A stretch of 64,000 nucleotides of DNA. Source: Eledone cirrhosa (lineage: Eukaryota). Positions 60,783 to 64,000 of this stretch are shown one piece after another (position 1 is the first letter of the stretch; every line of letters starts with the position of its first letter). The DNA is taken from the NCBI GenBank assembly GCA_964016885.1, contig OZ024745.1, positions 7,378,001 through 7,442,000 of the forward strand. Reading direction: 5' to 3'. Both the position numbers and the translations under genes were made by a program. The notes beneath the pieces were generated by a model. The model saw nothing but the letters and a program-made list of their open reading frames with translations. It had not been told where the DNA came from and searched no databases.

Positions 60783-60874
60783 TTATTAAAATAACACGGT
60801 TCTTATATATTTGATATATATTTATCCTTATCGAGCCCTCTTTGGATTTTAGTCTTCAAATTTATTATTATTAC

Positions 60875-60912
<38 letters not shown>
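60875..60912. repeat. (TA)n microsatellite
   Basis: TA run with a single G interruption, preceded by a short (TTA)n. Confidence 0.93.
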
Positions 60913-61132
60913 GGAGGAGAGAGAGAACTGACTGCGACAAGAAATATAAAATATCCAACATCCATGGTCAGTCAATTCCTAGTATGTAATGCCATGTAGC
61001 TCCACGTTATTGGCCGTGTGTTTCTACAGATGTGATCTTTTTGTTGTAATGCATTTGACATTTGCTTCATGCCAACCATCGGCTACTTAACAGACGAGAT
61101 CATTCAGGTTGGTTTTGTTTGAAAGTACAATG

Positions 61133-61176
61133 GAGAGAGAGAGAGAGAGAGAGAAAGAGGGAGGGAGGGGGGATAT

Positions 61177-61234
<58 letters not shown>
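61133..61234. repeat. (GA)n and (TA)n microsatellites
   Basis: A GA run lies at ~61133-61154 and a TA run at ~61183-61234. Confidence 0.95.
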
Positions 61235-61237
<3 letters not shown>

Positions 61238-61784
61238 CGGGAGAAAAGCAATATTCGTATTAACAGCGGACGAAATCAAGGGAAGTATAGAAACAAAGCA
61301 ATTGAGCTATTTTGTAGAGAGATAGAGAGAGGGAAAGCTTTTTATGGAGCTGAAAGAGGAACATCATTGTGAGATCTGAAAGGACCCTTATATAAATAAA
61401 CATCAGTGAAAAAGTGAATAATACATTGTAGAATTCCTCCCCTCCTCCTCCTATACTTGAAAGTGTATTGTTGCAGTTGTTTGTGCGAGTTACTAAAAAG
61501 CCAAAACGATTATAAAAGGATTTGTAGAGAACCATCAAACAGCGTAAGATAATAAATGTACCAAATGTGTCTTTTAATAGTAAAGAGTTCCAGAAAAACT
61601 GAGCGATAACCAACATTTCTGTACCATCAATGGACGGAGAGGTAACAAGCAATTCACAATGAGAAGATATTTACTATTATTATTATTATAACCATTTTTG
61701 ACAATCCTCAAAGAAAAATTAAACTTTACCACTTTAGCACGTTAACGTTTTAAGTGTTTGCAATAACAATTGTTACTAATACCG

Positions 61785-61936
61785 ACACAAGGCCAGCAAA
61801 ATAGACCCCAGTGCGTCACTGGTACTTTGTTTTATCAGCCTCTTAAAGATGAAAGGCAAGGTTGACCAAAGTACTGTAACTAAATACCACAAACCATTTT
61901 GTCCGACCGTCTAACGATTCTGCCAATCCACCGCCC
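61785..61936 (-). mobile_element. tRNA-derived SINE copy 1, with internal deletion of the B-box segment
   Basis: It shares 'cacaaggccagcaa...cccagt...ggtacttt..tt..atc...gatgaaaggcaa.gt..acc...ctgccaatccaccgccc' with the copy at 62320 and most of these blocks with the copy at ~63090. The 'ggcgggatttgaactcag' block is missing. Confidence 0.85.
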
Positions 61937-62319
61937 TAGTTTTTCTCATTCCGAGCTGATAAATAGTTCGCTTTTTACTTGCCCTTACACCAACAATAAT
62001 AGTCGATATTAAGGGACATGTAGTTCCCCTTTGTTTTTATCCAGGAATAGCAACACAAAAAAAAAAAAAACAATCTGGCTACAGCTACTAACCAATTAAA
62101 CTAAACTATCTTCTACAATGGAAACTTCTATGAACAGGTAATATTCCCTGGGCCAACAACAGAACCTTTATACAGTCACGTGACCTACAAGAAATAGCTA
62201 TATATCCCCTAAATCACACCTTTCTACCTCAATGTACACATTAGCTAATATTGTCCTAGATGTGTTCTAGGATGACCTACAGTTAAACGACAATATATAA
62301 CTGCCTCTAATATAATAAC

Positions 62320-62504
62320 TATTTCTACTTTTGGCACAAGGCCAGCAATTACCCAGTACATTACCGGTACTTTATTGTATCGACCCCGTAAGGATGAAAG
62401 GCAAAGTGAACCTTGGCGGGATTTGAACTCAGATCGTAAAGGGACGTAACTATGCTGGAAAGCATGGCGTCCGACTCTCTACCGATACTGCCAATCCACC
62501 GCCC
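62320..62504 (-). mobile_element. tRNA-derived SINE copy 2 with 12-bp target-site duplication
   Basis: The minus strand starts GGGCGGTGGATTGGCAGTATCGGT (A-box-like) and has GAGTTCAAATCCC (B box, 62418-62430), followed by the central CTTTGCCTTTCATCCTTACGGGGTCGATAC domain. It is flanked by TAATATAATAAC at 62308-62319 and 62505-62516. From memory it resembles the abundant Octopus SINE consensus. Confidence 0.92.
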
Positions 62505-62760
62505 TAATATAATAACATACCTAATCTATAACTTAGGGTGGTAATGTTACCCTCATTTAAGGCCGTATCTTATTCCCATGTTAAACAACACACCAAACTT
62601 CATCTCTATTTCCTCAATACAAGAGATGTCATTGACAGAAAGAATCCAATGTAACTCATTAGAAGTTCTAAATGAGTAAAGTTGTCGAGGAATTTTTACA
62701 ATGACCACATGCCAGGTCCTTTATACAACAATATCAAACATATGTTCATACATTTTTGTA

Positions 62761-62835
62761 GTTGATTGAATCAACCCTACACCCGGTACTTGGCTGGTTC
62801 TTATTTCATCAAACCCAGAAACAAAAGGCTAAGTC
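62761..62835 (-). mobile_element. Degenerate fragment of the same or a related SINE (central domain)
   Basis: 'gttgattgaatcaaccc...ctggttcttatttcatcaaaccc.gaa..aaaaggctaagtc' aligns by eye to 'gtcgactatatcgagccc...ctggtactttattttatcgagcccggaa...aaggcaaagtt' of copy 3. Confidence 0.6.
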
Positions 62836-62932
62836 ATTACACACGTATGAGAGAAATTCTAGACAAATTATAGAGAGAAAAAGGAGGTAGTTTTCAATCT
62901 CAACCAATCAATGAGTAACAATGTCTAACATA

Positions 62933-63020
62933 ACACGACCACAATCCTGAGGGGAAGGGAACATCGGAAAAACCGGCCAGTGTATTACTAGTATTTACTT
63001 TATCGACCTTGAAACTACGA
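62933..63020 (-). mobile_element. Highly degenerate SINE fragment
   Basis: 'acacgacc..aat...gaggggaaggg...ccagtgtattactagtatttactttatcgacc' follows the block order of the other copies. Confidence 0.45.
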
Positions 63021-63089
63021 AGTGGACGTCTACGAAATCTAAAGACTCGAATAAAAACCCTTACACAGATTTTGACATCAACCATGATT

Positions 63090-63300
63090 TTAAATTTTAG
63101 GCAAACGACCGGAAATTTTGAGAGGAGAGAAAAGTCGACTATATCGAGCCCAGAACTTGCCTGGTACTTTATTTTATCGAGCCCGGAATAATATAAGGCA
63201 AAGTTGACCTCGGCTGATTTGAACTCAGATCTTAAAGAGCTGAAATAAAAACTGCTAAGCATGTGTCCGACGCTCTAACGACTCTGCCAATAGACCGCCC
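63090..63300 (-). mobile_element. tRNA-derived SINE copy 3, near full length
   Basis: The minus strand starts GGGCGGTCTATTGGCAGAGTCGTTAG (A-box-like) and has a B-box-like GAGTTCAAATC at ~63216-63226, followed by the central GGTCAACTTTGCCTT...TCGATAAAATAAAGTACCAG domain. A possible degenerate TSD is tcaaccatgat (~63078-63088) / tcaaaccataat (63301-63312). Confidence 0.88.
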
Positions 63301-64000
63301 TCAAACCATAATAAAATCAGCGACATATCATTAGAATCACAAAGACCAAGGAAGTAGATTTGCTACAAGATCCAATGAACAAAGAAAAGAGATGTGTTTG
63401 CCCTCTACACACACACACTATTTTTGTGTGATGTAGTCACGGCACTAATAGGTGTTTCAGATAATGATGATGTTGAAATAGTTGATGCAATAAACACATA
63501 AAAGAAATAGAAAAGCCCACCAGGGGAAAGTGTTTCAGTTTGCATTATAGAATTTGGCTATAAGCAAGATTTTTCAGTTTAAGTGTTAGAAATTAGCAGA
63601 CTAAGAAGTGAACATGAGTATTAAATAGCAATGTTATTAGAGAGTCAACAAGTATATCTAGCCTGAAGATAAGATTCCTAGAAAATGAATTGACCAGCGA
63701 AAAATGAAATTAAAGGTTGTGAGAAATGAAAGAAGAAAATGAAGACAACAGCTTCAACTGTTTCATTCGAGATAGAAGCACAAAGTAAATTAGCAATGTG
63801 ATAAGATGGGACTAATATTTGGTGAGAGAGGTGGGTGTGAAAGATGAGGGGGTAGAAGAATGAAAAGAGTGTGAAATGAAAGATAGTGAGGTAGAGGGAA
63901 AGGAAACGTAACGCCAATTAAAAGCGAAACACAGAGGGAGATGCTAGTTCCCCGTTTTTAAAGTAACTGAGCTGTATCTTCCTGGCCAGACTCTTCATCA

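Noticed and set aside
59274-61652. Short 60-130 aa ORFs in the unique flank
   Set aside because: They show no recognisable motifs, overlap in conflicting frames and have chance-level lengths. A small exon or decayed transposon fragment cannot be excluded without BLAST or RNA-seq.
62410-62504. Possible tRNA gene (A and B boxes)
   Set aside because: No cloverleaf is evident. It is the tRNA-derived head of a SINE, continuous with the SINE body and enclosed by a TSD.
62900-63262. ORFs 62900..63262 and 63009..63191
   Set aside because: They overlap SINE copies and are incidental open frames in a non-coding element.
63883-63894. Inverted 12-bp match to the satellite monomer (atagtgaggtag)
   Set aside because: A single short match in 7.5 kb of flank is compatible with chance.
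63678-63917. Purine-rich stretch whose minus strand faintly recalls the C-terminus of a LINE ORF2
   Set aside because: The similarity is too weak and frame-broken to support by eye. It needs tBLASTx or an HMM search against LINE libraries.

Overview
This is eukaryotic, non-coding, repeat-dominated DNA. Bases 1-56516 are one uninterrupted head-to-tail satellite array of a 20-bp monomer, CACTACC[A/T]CACTA[C/T]TGTAGA (about 2,800 copies), which runs off the left edge of the window. Two positions are dimorphic, and rare marker variants reveal nested multi-kb higher-order duplications in spatially separate domains. The array ends abruptly. It is followed by two unrelated ~30-bp minisatellites, dense CA/GA/TA microsatellites and several minus-strand copies of a tRNA-derived SINE, one with a clean 12-bp target-site duplication. 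From memory the SINE resembles a very abundant Octopus/cephalopod family; this was not checked against a database. No credible protein-coding gene, RNA gene or CRISPR array is present, and the listed ORFs are repeat or low-complexity artefacts. The most striking observation is that the T-variant monomer contains ACTACCTCA, the exact complement of let-7 nt 1-9, with in-register 3' pairing (ACTAT, nt 17-21) across a central bulge. A + strand transcript would therefore resemble a giant bulged let-7 sponge. This is a hypothesis and could be coincidence.
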